Positions 10,174 to 17,668 of a stretch of 45,239 nucleotides of DNA are shown one piece after another. The stretch spans positions 1 through 45,239 of the forward strand of contig JAODBN010000361.1 of NCBI GenBank assembly GCA_025463965.1, read 5' to 3'. The position numbers were made by a program, and so were the translations under genes. Each line of letters begins with the position of its first letter. Position 1 is the first letter of the stretch. The notes under the pieces are model-generated. The model was not told the DNA's origin and ran no database searches. It saw only the letters and a list, made by a program, of their open reading frames with translations. Source of the DNA: Acidimicrobiaceae bacterium. GTDB taxonomy: Bacteria; Actinomycetota; Acidimicrobiia; Acidimicrobiales; Bog-793.

Positions 10174-11027
10174 ATCGACCTCGTCAGGCGTCGGAGGGTG
10201 AATTCGGCTGCCCCACGCCGCTCCGCCGCCGTTGCCCCGCCGTTGAAGACCGAGCAGGCGGCGGTGATCAGCTGATCGGCGATCAGCTCAGGGTCCATGG
10301 CGTTGTCCCCGTCCGGCCCGAGATCGAAGTCCTCGCCGAGCGCAGCGAACAGGGAGGCGTCGGAACTCACCGAGAGGACCGGGCAGGTGGCGAAGCTGCG
10401 CGGACCCTCCCCAGGTCCGCACGATGCGACGATCACCTGCGCTCCGGCGGAGGCGAGTTCGGCGTGGCACAACTCGCCGAAAGGTCCAGGGGTATCGGGA
10501 AGCAGAAGGGTCATTCCCACGTCCTCGGCGCGCTCGGCCAGCTCGTGGGCGAAGGGGGCTCTCGGGTCGTCGAGACCGACCCGCAGGGCGACAAGGGGGG
10601 CCGTGGCTCGCTCGGCGACGGCAGCTTCGTCGAGCAGCGCCTCGAGCAGGTGCAGGCCACGCTCGACCGTCGCCGCGGAGCCGCCGCATTCCTGAATCCC
10701 GACAAACTCGACACGCTGGCCCTCGGCGCGGATCGCCTCGGCAAGGCCGTCCCCGCCGATCGTCTCGCAGCCAAGGCCGACGACGAGCACGCTGGCAACG
10801 TTCGGGTGGGCCGCGACGCCAATGAACAACCGCGAAGTGAGCGCGACGTCGTCTCCGACTTGGCCGCAGCCGTGTTGATGGGTGACGGCGACAGCAGCCG
10901 AGCCTGCGATCTGGCGGGCGACGCGAGTCGAGCAGACGACGGAAGGGAGGACGAGCACGTGGTTGCGTGCCCCGACCGCCCCCCCGTCACGGTGGTAGCC
11001 GAAGAGCGTTTCGGCGGGGCTTGTCAT
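10170..11027 (-). CDS. UxaA-family paralogue, short form (N-domain HQHGCGQ and GLGCE motifs kept, catalytic middle blocks missing)
   Basis: 285 aa. It starts like UxaA after the SAF domain (GYHRDGGAVGARNHVLVLPSVVC) and keeps THQHGCGQVGDD and VVGLGCE. It lacks the CGGSD/PGN..GGLTT blocks. The tail AGAQVIVASCGPGEGP parallels GGAQLVAFTTGRGTP of the neighbouring gene. 4-nt overlaps on both sides. Confidence 0.75.
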   Translation of the reverse strand: MTSPAETLFGYHRDGGAVGARNHVLVLPSVVCSTRVARQIAGSAAVAVTHQHGCGQVGDDVALTSRLFIGVAAHPNVASVLVVGLGCETIGGDGLAEAIRAEGQRVEFVGIQECGGSAATVERGLHLLEALLDEAAVAERATAPLVALRVGLDDPRAPFAHELAERAEDVGMTLLLPDTPGPFGELCHAELASAGAQVIVASCGPGEGPRSFATCPVLSVSSDASLFAALGEDFDLGPDGDNAMDPELIADQLITAACSVFNGGATAAERRGAAEFTLRRLTRSM

Positions 11028-11407
11028 CGCCGGCCGTCCAGCTCGGCGGAATGTTCGGCGTCCGAGCCGGGAAGGCGGGCGCTCACGACGTTGTGGATGT
11101 GGACATGACAGCCGGGAGCGATCGGAGCGGTAGCAACGCCGATCACCTCCCCATACTTGCGCACGACCCCGCCACGGGCGATCGGGACGAGCGCCACCTT
11201 ATGGCCGAAGCCGATCTCCTCGGAGACGACGAGCTCGCCGTTGCCTTGTCCGAGCATGAGGAGTTCCCCTGGTCGCAGCGGTAGGAGCGCCACGGCGACA
11301 TTGTCCGTATCGTCGAGGCGCAGCACTCGCGGCGGCAGCGCGGGACTTTCCCCACCGTCTTGGCTCAGCCGCTGAGTAGAAGACGACGTGCTCGCCGGCT
11401 CAGTCAT
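11024..11407 (-). CDS. SAF-domain small subunit of UxaA/SuyA type
   Basis: 127 aa. DNVAVALLPLRPGE...GFGHKVALVPIARGGVVRKYGEVIGVATAPIAPGCHVHIHN matches the N-terminal SAF domain of altronate dehydratase. It is the first gene of a translationally coupled three-gene operon. Confidence 0.8.
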   Translation of the reverse strand: MTEPASTSSSTQRLSQDGGESPALPPRVLRLDDTDNVAVALLPLRPGELLMLGQGNGELVVSEEIGFGHKVALVPIARGGVVRKYGEVIGVATAPIAPGCHVHIHNVVSARLPGSDAEHSAELDGRR

Positions 11408-11446
11408 CGCCCCCCAAGTAGGTAGTAGTTCGTATTGCAGATCCTA

Positions 11447-11463
11447 TTGAGGCGAAGCCTCAA
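11447..11463. promoter_or_regulatory. 17-bp perfect palindrome TTGAGGCGAAGCCTCAA between the RibD_C remnant and the UxaA-like operon
   Basis: Read directly: 7-bp arms with a 3-nt centre, inside a locally AT-richer stretch about 40 nt upstream of the SAF gene ATG. It could be an operator or a short terminator hairpin (CAACTTTTCTC follows on the + strand). Confidence 0.4.
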
Positions 11464-11485
11464 CAACTTTTCTCGCCCGCGTGGG

Positions 11486-11956
11486 TCAAGAGGCGACGTT
11501 ACCGCCCATCAGGCTTACCGCCGTCTGACACCCGGTCTGGCGAGGCGCTGATGACTCGGCGGAGCCAGTCCGACTCATCGCGGCGCGCCCGTAGCGCTCA
11601 TAGATCACGCGCGAACTGAACGTCCTGGTCTCCACCACGACTAGCCGAACGTCTTCGGTGAGCGGCGGTAGGAATGGCGTGCCGCCACCGACGAGGACCG
11701 GATTGCGAAACATGCGGAGCTCGTCAACGAGGCCGAGCTCGATCGCTGCCGCGGCCAAACCGGCGCCGCCGATCGATACGTCTTTGTCGGTCGCATCGAG
11801 CGCCGCAGCGGCCTCCTCGGCCACCGATACCTCGGCGAGCCGGGCGTTGACTTGAACGCTGTCGAGCGTGCGGGCCTCTTCCATCGTCAATTTATCGCGT
11901 ACGGGGCCCTTGCAACTAGACCGTCTCCATACTGCACAATCGCCATTCCAGACCAC
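11486..11956 (-). pseudogene. RibD_C/dihydrofolate-reductase-family remnant (N-terminal part missing)
   Basis: Only the C-terminal part of the fold is recognisable (DKDVSIGGAGLAAAAIELGLVDELRMFRNPVLVGGGTPFLP...VIYERYGR). The N-terminal LDG/GR.TYE part seen in full-length members is absent, and the divergent monooxygenase gene leaves no room for it. An odd C-terminal extension of about 35 aa follows YERYGR. Confidence 0.5.
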
Positions 11957-12014
11957 AGATGTGGAACATCGGGATCAGGTGGCACTTCACCGAAGAGGGT
12001 CGTCACCCCTACGC

Positions 12015-13490
12015 ATGCGAGGTGCAGTGAACAAGCCCGAACACGAGGTCGTGATCGCAGGCGGAGGGCCAACCGGGATGATGCTGGCGGCTGAACTAGC
12101 GCTGGCGAAAGTAGACGTGGTGGTGGTCGAACGGCGCCCCGATCACGTCCTCATCGGCTCACGCGCTGGCGGCTTTCACTGCCGCACTGTCGAGGTTCTC
12201 GATCAGCGGGGTGTCGCTGACCGCTTCCTGACACAGGGCAACGTGGCGCAAATCGCGACGTTTGGGGCCACCGTTTTGGACATGAGCGACTTCCCGACGC
12301 GCCATCCGTATTCGCTCGGCATTCGGCAGAACCAGGTCGAGCAGATCATGGCCACCTGGATCGCCGAGCTACCCGTGCGCTTCATTCACGGATGTGAGGT
12401 GGCCGGGTTCGCGCAGGACGACACCGGGGTGCAGGTGCGACTCGTGGACAGTGAAACGCTGCGCGCCAAGTATCTCGTCGGCTGCGACGGAGGGCGCAGC
12501 GTGATCCGCAAAGCGGCCGGCATCGAGTTCCCGGGCTGGGACCCGACTAGGAGCAACCTCATTGCAGAGGTCGAGGTCAGCGAGGAACCACCGCGGGGCG
12601 TTCGTTATGACGCGACGGGCGTCCACGGCCTTCACCGGTTGGACGATGGCAAGACGTACCGCGTGATCGTGACCGAGCGGCAGCTCGGGTCAAGCAGCGA
12701 GCCGACCCTGAACGATCTGAGCGAGGCGCTCGTCGCCGTGTTCGGCACCGACTTCGGTATCCACAGCCCCACGTGGATTTCGAGGTTCACCGATATGACT
12801 CGACAGGCCGCGGCCTATCGCGCGGATCGTGTCCTGCTGGCAGGGGACGCTGCGCACGTCCATTATCCGGCGGGTGGACAGGGCCTCAGCCTTGGTGTGC
12901 AGGACGCGGTGAACCTTGGATGGAAGCTCGCTCAGGTCGTCAAGGGGATCTCCCCGGCGAGCCTCCTCGATACCTACCACGCAGAGCGTCACCCGATCGG
13001 CGCACGCGCGCTTAAGCACACGATGGCGCAAGGTGCGCTCCAGCGCCGTGACGACCGCATGGAAGCTCTAGTCGAAGTGGTGTCGGAGCTGGCGACCATG
13101 GACGAGCCTCGAAGGCGACTCGCTGGAATCATGTCCGGGCTCGATATCCACTATGACCTCGGCGAGGGACATCCCCTACTCGGGCGCCGCATGCCCGATC
13201 TCGACGTGGTCACGGCAGACAGAGCACTCCGAGTCTTCGAGTTGCTGCACGGCGCACGACCACTGCTGCTCAACCTCGGTCGGCCCGGCGACCTTGATGT
13301 CGCTCAGTGGGCCGACCGGGTCCAGCTCATAGACGCCAGTTACGAACGCGAGTGGGAGCTTCCCGTGCTGGGCGTCGTCAGTAGCCCGACGGCTGTGCTG
13401 GTTCGTCCGGACGGCTACGTCGCCTGGGTGGGAGAGGGCACCGAACGAGGCCTCATCGATGCGCTTACGACGTGGTTCGGATCGCCGTGA
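12015..13490 (+). CDS. Group A FAD-dependent monooxygenase, Rox (rifamycin monooxygenase)-like
   Basis: GXGXXG block VVIAGGGPTGMMLAAELA, then CDGGRSVIRK, LAGDAAHVHYPAGGQGLSLGVQDAVNLGWKLA, LLDTYHAERHP, YDLGEGHPLLGRRMPDL, and the C-terminal VLVRPDGYVAWVG...WFG. The track ORF starts at 11868; I trimmed it to ATG 12015. GTG 12027 is also possible. Confidence 0.8.
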   Translation: MRGAVNKPEHEVVIAGGGPTGMMLAAELALAKVDVVVVERRPDHVLIGSRAGGFHCRTVEVLDQRGVADRFLTQGNVAQIATFGATVLDMSDFPTRHPYSLGIRQNQVEQIMATWIAELPVRFIHGCEVAGFAQDDTGVQVRLVDSETLRAKYLVGCDGGRSVIRKAAGIEFPGWDPTRSNLIAEVEVSEEPPRGVRYDATGVHGLHRLDDGKTYRVIVTERQLGSSSEPTLNDLSEALVAVFGTDFGIHSPTWISRFTDMTRQAAAYRADRVLLAGDAAHVHYPAGGQGLSLGVQDAVNLGWKLAQVVKGISPASLLDTYHAERHPIGARALKHTMAQGALQRRDDRMEALVEVVSELATMDEPRRRLAGIMSGLDIHYDLGEGHPLLGRRMPDLDVVTADRALRVFELLHGARPLLLNLGRPGDLDVAQWADRVQLIDASYEREWELPVLGVVSSPTAVLVRPDGYVAWVGEGTERGLIDALTTWFGSP

Positions 13491-13578
13491 CGACTCAGCC
13501 AATCGCGCGGGCACGAACGGGGCCTCGTCGATGCGCTCATCACCTGGTTCCGCTCGTCGTGACGACCCAACCGATCGC
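13437..13578 (+). repeat. Imperfect tandem duplication (two units of about 70 bp) of the monooxygenase 3' end plus stop codon
   Basis: Manual alignment of 13437-13505 against 13510-13578 gives 57 identical of 70 columns with one 1-nt gap. Unit 1 encodes ...GTERGLIDALTTWFGSP*. Unit 2 reads ERGLVDALITWFRSS* in its own frame. Confidence 0.85.
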
Positions 13579-14022
13579 CTGATCGGCGCCGGGCGAATGC
13601 GTCCGAGGGAGCAGGTATGTTGGCCACTGCGTCATCGCCCTCCTTGATCGGGCTCGACCATGGGCCTGCGGAACGACGTCGGCCACGCCCTGAGGCGCAG
13701 CTGGGGGTTATAGGCCTTTTCATTGTCGAGCCGAAGCTCCCGTCCGAAAACGACAGTTTGAGGAAATGGGCTGAGCCGGACTGAGCGGCGCGTGCACCGA
13801 CGCAGCCCCGAACGCCAATCAGGCGGAAGCTCCGGAGGTCGTGCGGCACATAGCAGCGCCTCCTCGGCGAATGCACGCCCTTGCGCCGCCTCGTGGAAGG
13901 CGAGATTTTGCTCCCCGCGCCGAATTGGGCTCACGACTGCACGCGGCTTTCAGACGCGAGGCGTCGGCGCAAGCTGACAGGTGCTGTTCTTCCTGGCGGG
14001 TCGTTAACAGTTTGTTTCGCTC

Positions 14023-14051
14023 TTGATCAAGACAAGCGCTTGTTCTAGGGT
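14023..14051 (+). promoter_or_regulatory. Candidate promoter with embedded LacI-type operator: TTGATC - 17 nt containing ACAAGCGCTTGT - TAGGGT
   Basis: The -35-like TTGATC is at 14023-14028 and the -10-like TAGGGT (TANNNT) at 14046-14051. The 12-bp perfect palindrome at 14032-14043 lies inside the 17-nt spacer, about 50 nt upstream of the SBP start. Confidence 0.6.
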
Positions 14052-14091
14052 GCGTCACGAAGCTCGGTGGTCCAATGAGAAGGGGAGACCC

Positions 14092-15771
14092 GTGGACGAA
14101 TCGTCTGATCGCCTCGACGAGGTGGTCGAGGAGTATGCCGCCAACCGCATCACGCGACGAGAGGCGCTGAAGCGAGCTGGGGTTCTTGGCCTCGGTGCTG
14201 CAACGCTCGGTCCGCTACTCGCCAGGGTGCTGCCGTCTTCTGTGGCAGCCGCGTCGGAGGCTCCAGGCAACTCGGGACAGGCCGCGCCAAAGCATGGTGG
14301 CACGTTTCGGGAAGGCTATGACCGGGACTTCACCCCACCTAATCCAGTGGCGAATAACTGGGCCGATCCGGACTTCAACGCTCTGTTCGAAGCGCTCGTT
14401 ATCCGGAATCCCGAAGGCCAGATCGTCCCGATGCTTGCTGACCACTTCACGAGTGGTCCTCAGGGCTGGACCTTCCACCTCCGGAAGGGACTCAAGTTCC
14501 AGTCGGGGGCGCCGGTGACGCCCGCCGTCGTTGTAGAGGACTTCAACCTCTTTCGCAGTCCGAAGACTGGCCAAAACGGGCCGTTCTGGACGCCGATTTA
14601 TGACGTCGCGGCACAGGGCGAGAACGTGGTCTGCAAGACCCACCACGAGTTCCAGGCCTTCCAGGAGACGGTTGCCACCGAGTACTCGTACATCATGAAC
14701 CCGACGACCTGGAAGGCCCAGGGCTCGAAGTACGGGACGAAGCCGACCGACGGCACGGGGCCCTTCGTCCTCAGTAGCTACGTTCCCGGGCAGCACGTCA
14801 TCGCCAAGAGATGGAACGGCTACCCGGGATCTGTCGTCCCCTTCTTCCGTAACAAGGGCAAGGCGTACCTCGACGCGATCGAGTGGGTGCCCATCACGGA
14901 TGCGACTCAGCGCGCGCCGCAGATTCAGACCGGGCTCGTCGATGCAGTGAAGAACCCGCCGCCGCAGGATGTCGCCACCTTGAAGGCCGACAAGAACCTC
15001 GTGGTTCTCGAATTTCAAGAGCTGTCGAACTTCTTCTTGTCCGTGAACCTCGGCGACACTGCGCTCGGCTTCGACGACCTCCGGGTGCGCCAGGCCATCT
15101 CGCACGCGATCGACCGTGAGGCAATCGTGAAAGCGGTCTTCCTCGGCCACGCGGCCGCCACCTATGGGCCGGCGATGACCCGGTGGAAGTGGTACAACCC
15201 GGCGGTTGAGCAGTACAACAAGTTCGATACGGCGCTTGCGGGCCACCTGCTCGACGAGGCGGGATGGAAGATGGGCTCTAGCGGCGTGAGGACGAAGAAC
15301 GGCAAGCCCCTGGCATTCACGACGTTTAACCTGACCGACACCACCCAGAACCAGGTCATGGCGGCGATCGCGCAAATGCTTGCGAAGGTCGGCGTGCACA
15401 TGACCGTTAAAAGTCTGGCGTCTGCGGCCTTTTATCCTGAGCTCACGCAGAAGACGACGTCGTACGCGTTGAAGTGGCTTTGGTCGAGCCCCATCGATGT
15501 TGTCGCCCTCTTTGTCGCCTTCTATCAGCCCAAGACGGCCGCACTGAACTCCGTATACGACGCGTTCAATGCCTGGCAGACAGCAGGAAACTCGCCGCAG
15601 CTCAAGGCGGCGGCGCTGAGCTACCAGCAGGCCTTTGCGAAGCTTATCCCTTTGATCCCCATTTACACACAGAACACGATTTGGGTTCACAACAAAAACG
15701 TCGTCGGCTGGCAGCCGAACCAGGCGAACCTGTACCCATTTTACAATGATGTCTACCTGCAGAATGCGTGA
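14092..15771 (+). CDS. ABC transporter substrate-binding protein, family 5 (Dpp/Opp/Nik type), Tat-type signal
   Basis: The start was moved from the track's TTG 14023 to GTG 14092, which has an AAGGGGAG RBS. The twin-arginine motif ITRREALKRAGVLGLGAA is followed by an A-rich cleavage region. The family-5 core includes WTFHLRKGLKFQSGAPVT. Confidence 0.9.
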   Translation: MDESSDRLDEVVEEYAANRITRREALKRAGVLGLGAATLGPLLARVLPSSVAAASEAPGNSGQAAPKHGGTFREGYDRDFTPPNPVANNWADPDFNALFEALVIRNPEGQIVPMLADHFTSGPQGWTFHLRKGLKFQSGAPVTPAVVVEDFNLFRSPKTGQNGPFWTPIYDVAAQGENVVCKTHHEFQAFQETVATEYSYIMNPTTWKAQGSKYGTKPTDGTGPFVLSSYVPGQHVIAKRWNGYPGSVVPFFRNKGKAYLDAIEWVPITDATQRAPQIQTGLVDAVKNPPPQDVATLKADKNLVVLEFQELSNFFLSVNLGDTALGFDDLRVRQAISHAIDREAIVKAVFLGHAAATYGPAMTRWKWYNPAVEQYNKFDTALAGHLLDEAGWKMGSSGVRTKNGKPLAFTTFNLTDTTQNQVMAAIAQMLAKVGVHMTVKSLASAAFYPELTQKTTSYALKWLWSSPIDVVALFVAFYQPKTAALNSVYDAFNAWQTAGNSPQLKAAALSYQQAFAKLIPLIPIYTQNTIWVHNKNVVGWQPNQANLYPFYNDVYLQNA

Positions 15772-15779
15772 CCGGAGAA

Positions 15780-15816
15780 GCTGCCCGCTAGGCGGTAACG
15801 GCTTGTCAAGGGCAGC
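15780..15816 (+). other. Intercistronic stem-loop after the SBP gene (GCTGCCC ... GGGCAGC)
   Basis: 7-bp perfect arms at 15780-15786 and 15810-15816 in the 62-nt gap between the SBP and permease genes. Such hairpins often stabilise the SBP message. No U-tract follows. Confidence 0.3.
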
Positions 15817-15833
15817 GATGATGAAGTGAGCAC

Positions 15834-16766
15834 ATGAAGTTCGTTCTAACGCGCCTCTGTTACGCCGTGGTGATCATCGTCCTTGTCTCGATAGTCACCT
15901 TCTACAGCATGCATGCCTCACCCGGCAGCGTCGTGAGCAGTGTCTTCAACCTCGCGACCACGCCACACTCGGTGATCGTCGCGTACGAACGCCGTCACGG
16001 GCTTTTGGACCCGCTGCCGGTCCAGTACTGGCACTTCATGACTGGGCTGTTGAGCGGTAATTTCGGAACGTCGCTCGTTAGCAACTTGTCGGTGAAGACG
16101 ATCGTCGCGAACTCTGCCGGCTATACCGCACTGCTCGCCGGCTCCGCGTTCGTTCTCATCTTTGGCGTCGGCATTCCGATTGGCGTCCTCGCGGCGATCA
16201 AACGCGACTCGTGGTTCGACCGGGGGGTGCGCGCGTTCTCAAGCATTGTCCTTGCGATTCCAAACTTTGTACTCGGCATCATCCTCATCCTCGTCCTAGG
16301 CATTCACCTCCATGTGCTGCCCGTGGCTGGGGCCGGCTCTTTCTCGAACCTCGTCCTGCCGGCGATCGTGCTCGCCGCTGCAGAGTGGTCGCTCACGGTT
16401 CGCGTGACTCGTACGTCGTTTCTCGAGCAGCTCTCGGCTGACTTCACGAGAACGCTGCGCGCCCGGGGCGTCTCCGAGAGGCGGATCCAGTGGCGCCACG
16501 TGCTGCGCAACTCGATGGGCCCGATTATCTCGCTCGGGATAATCGAGGTGCGTAACCTGCTCGGTTACACGCTGATCGTTGAGGTGATCTTCCGCTGGCC
16601 GGGCCTCGGCACCGAGCTGGTGCAGTCCGTGCTCCAGCGGGACTACGACGTGACCGAGGTGCTCTCTCTGCTCCTGGCTGCGGCGGTCGTACTGGCGAGT
16701 GCGTTTGGCGATATCGCCCTCAGCCTGGTCGATCCTCGCGTGCGGGTGACCGGGGAGCATGGATGA
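15834..16766 (+). CDS. ABC transporter permease (DppB/OppB type)
   Basis: 310 aa, multi-pass hydrophobic, N-terminal MKFVLTRLCYAVVIIVLVSIVTF typical of the BPD_transp_1 OppB-like class. It sits in the operon between the SBP and the second permease. Confidence 0.9.
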   Translation: MKFVLTRLCYAVVIIVLVSIVTFYSMHASPGSVVSSVFNLATTPHSVIVAYERRHGLLDPLPVQYWHFMTGLLSGNFGTSLVSNLSVKTIVANSAGYTALLAGSAFVLIFGVGIPIGVLAAIKRDSWFDRGVRAFSSIVLAIPNFVLGIILILVLGIHLHVLPVAGAGSFSNLVLPAIVLAAAEWSLTVRVTRTSFLEQLSADFTRTLRARGVSERRIQWRHVLRNSMGPIISLGIIEVRNLLGYTLIVEVIFRWPGLGTELVQSVLQRDYDVTEVLSLLLAAAVVLASAFGDIALSLVDPRVRVTGEHG

Positions 16767-17668
16767 CGATGACCGCCCCGCAGATCGCTGCCCAGGGCAC
16801 CGGCCTGAAGGCGCGACCGAGCCGCTTTCTCATCTTGTTCCAGCCGCACAACCTTGTGTGGACGATCGGTGGAGTCATCATTATTGCGGCGGGGATCCTC
16901 GGGATCGTCCTGCAGCTCGTGCCTTCGTGGCGGCACCTCTACCTCACCCAGGATCTGACGGCGACATTTCAGGCGCCTCTCTCCACCGGCCACGTGCTCG
17001 GAACGGACAACCTCGGTCGAGATCTCCTCTGGCAGCTCATTGCCGGCCTTGGCATCTCGTTGATGATCGGGATTGGCGTGACTGTGCTCTCGCTTGTTCT
17101 CGGGCTCACGGTCGGGATCCTCGGCGCCTACTTCGGTCGTACGGCCGACGCGGTGAGCAACGTCATCGTCGACGTAACGTGGGCCTTCCCGGCGATCCTC
17201 CTTGCCGTCCTCCTCGCTGGCGCCATCGGCCCGAGCGTGACGACGGTCGTTCTCGCCCTCGCGCTGACGACCTGGCCTGGCTATGCCCGTATCGTCCGCG
17301 GCGAGGTGCTGTCCCTGCGCGAGCGGGACTTCGTGAACGCGGCTCGAGTGCTCGGCGTCCCGAAGCTCGTGATCAGCGTCCGGCACTTCGTCGTGAACCT
17401 TATGCCCATCACGATTGTGATCGCCGTGTACTACGTCGCGACGGCGATCATCGGTGAGGCGGGACTCTCGTTCCTCGGCCTCGGCGTGCAAGCGCCGATG
17501 CCGAGCCTGGGGCTCATGCTCTCGGTGGGCCAGCAGTACCTGAACGTCAGCTGGTGGCCCGTCGTTCTCTCCGGCGCGCTCTTGGCGCTCGTCGTGCTGT
17601 TCCTAAATGCGTTCGGGGACTTCCTACGGGGTCGCCTCGATCCCCACGGGCGGGTGCCGAGGCGATGA
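16763..17668 (+). CDS. ABC transporter permease (DppC/OppC type)
   Basis: 301 aa, hydrophobic, with HVLGTDNLGRDLLWQL typical of the OppC N-terminus. ATGA overlap with the upstream gene. Confidence 0.9.
   Translation: MTMTAPQIAAQGTGLKARPSRFLILFQPHNLVWTIGGVIIIAAGILGIVLQLVPSWRHLYLTQDLTATFQAPLSTGHVLGTDNLGRDLLWQLIAGLGISLMIGIGVTVLSLVLGLTVGILGAYFGRTADAVSNVIVDVTWAFPAILLAVLLAGAIGPSVTTVVLALALTTWPGYARIVRGEVLSLRERDFVNAARVLGVPKLVISVRHFVVNLMPITIVIAVYYVATAIIGEAGLSFLGLGVQAPMPSLGLMLSVGQQYLNVSWWPVVLSGALLALVVLFLNAFGDFLRGRLDPHGRVPRR

Noticed and set aside
11903-11915. GGGGCCCTTGCAA upstream of the Rox-like gene, reminiscent of one half of the rifamycin-associated element (RAE) inverted repeat
   Set aside because: Only a half-site-like match from memory of the RAE consensus. 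No complementary right arm is present, so it is not claimed as an RAE.
13623-13629. GCCACTG (B12-box-like) in the non-coding stretch after the duplicated tail; a second copy on the minus strand near 8573
   Set aside because: None of the other conserved cobalamin-riboswitch elements is visible nearby, and the next gene start is more than 450 nt away.
13632-13934. 100-aa minus-strand ORF (…VVFGRELRLDNEKAYNPQLRLRAWPT…) in the 13.6-14.0 kb non-coding stretch
   Set aside because: No start context or family motif that I recognise. It is treated as possible gene debris under the tandem-tail finding, not as a feature.
14215-15690. Very long antisense or alternative-frame ORFs (e.g. 14215..15690 -, 16643..17491 -, 18127..19173 -, 37869..39383 -, 39323..41002 -, 7571..8389 -, 24071..24904 -)
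   Set aside because: They lie fully inside genes with clear family motifs on the other strand or frame, and their products are Arg/Pro/Ala-rich with no recognisable domains. These are the usual shadow ORFs of GC-rich DNA.
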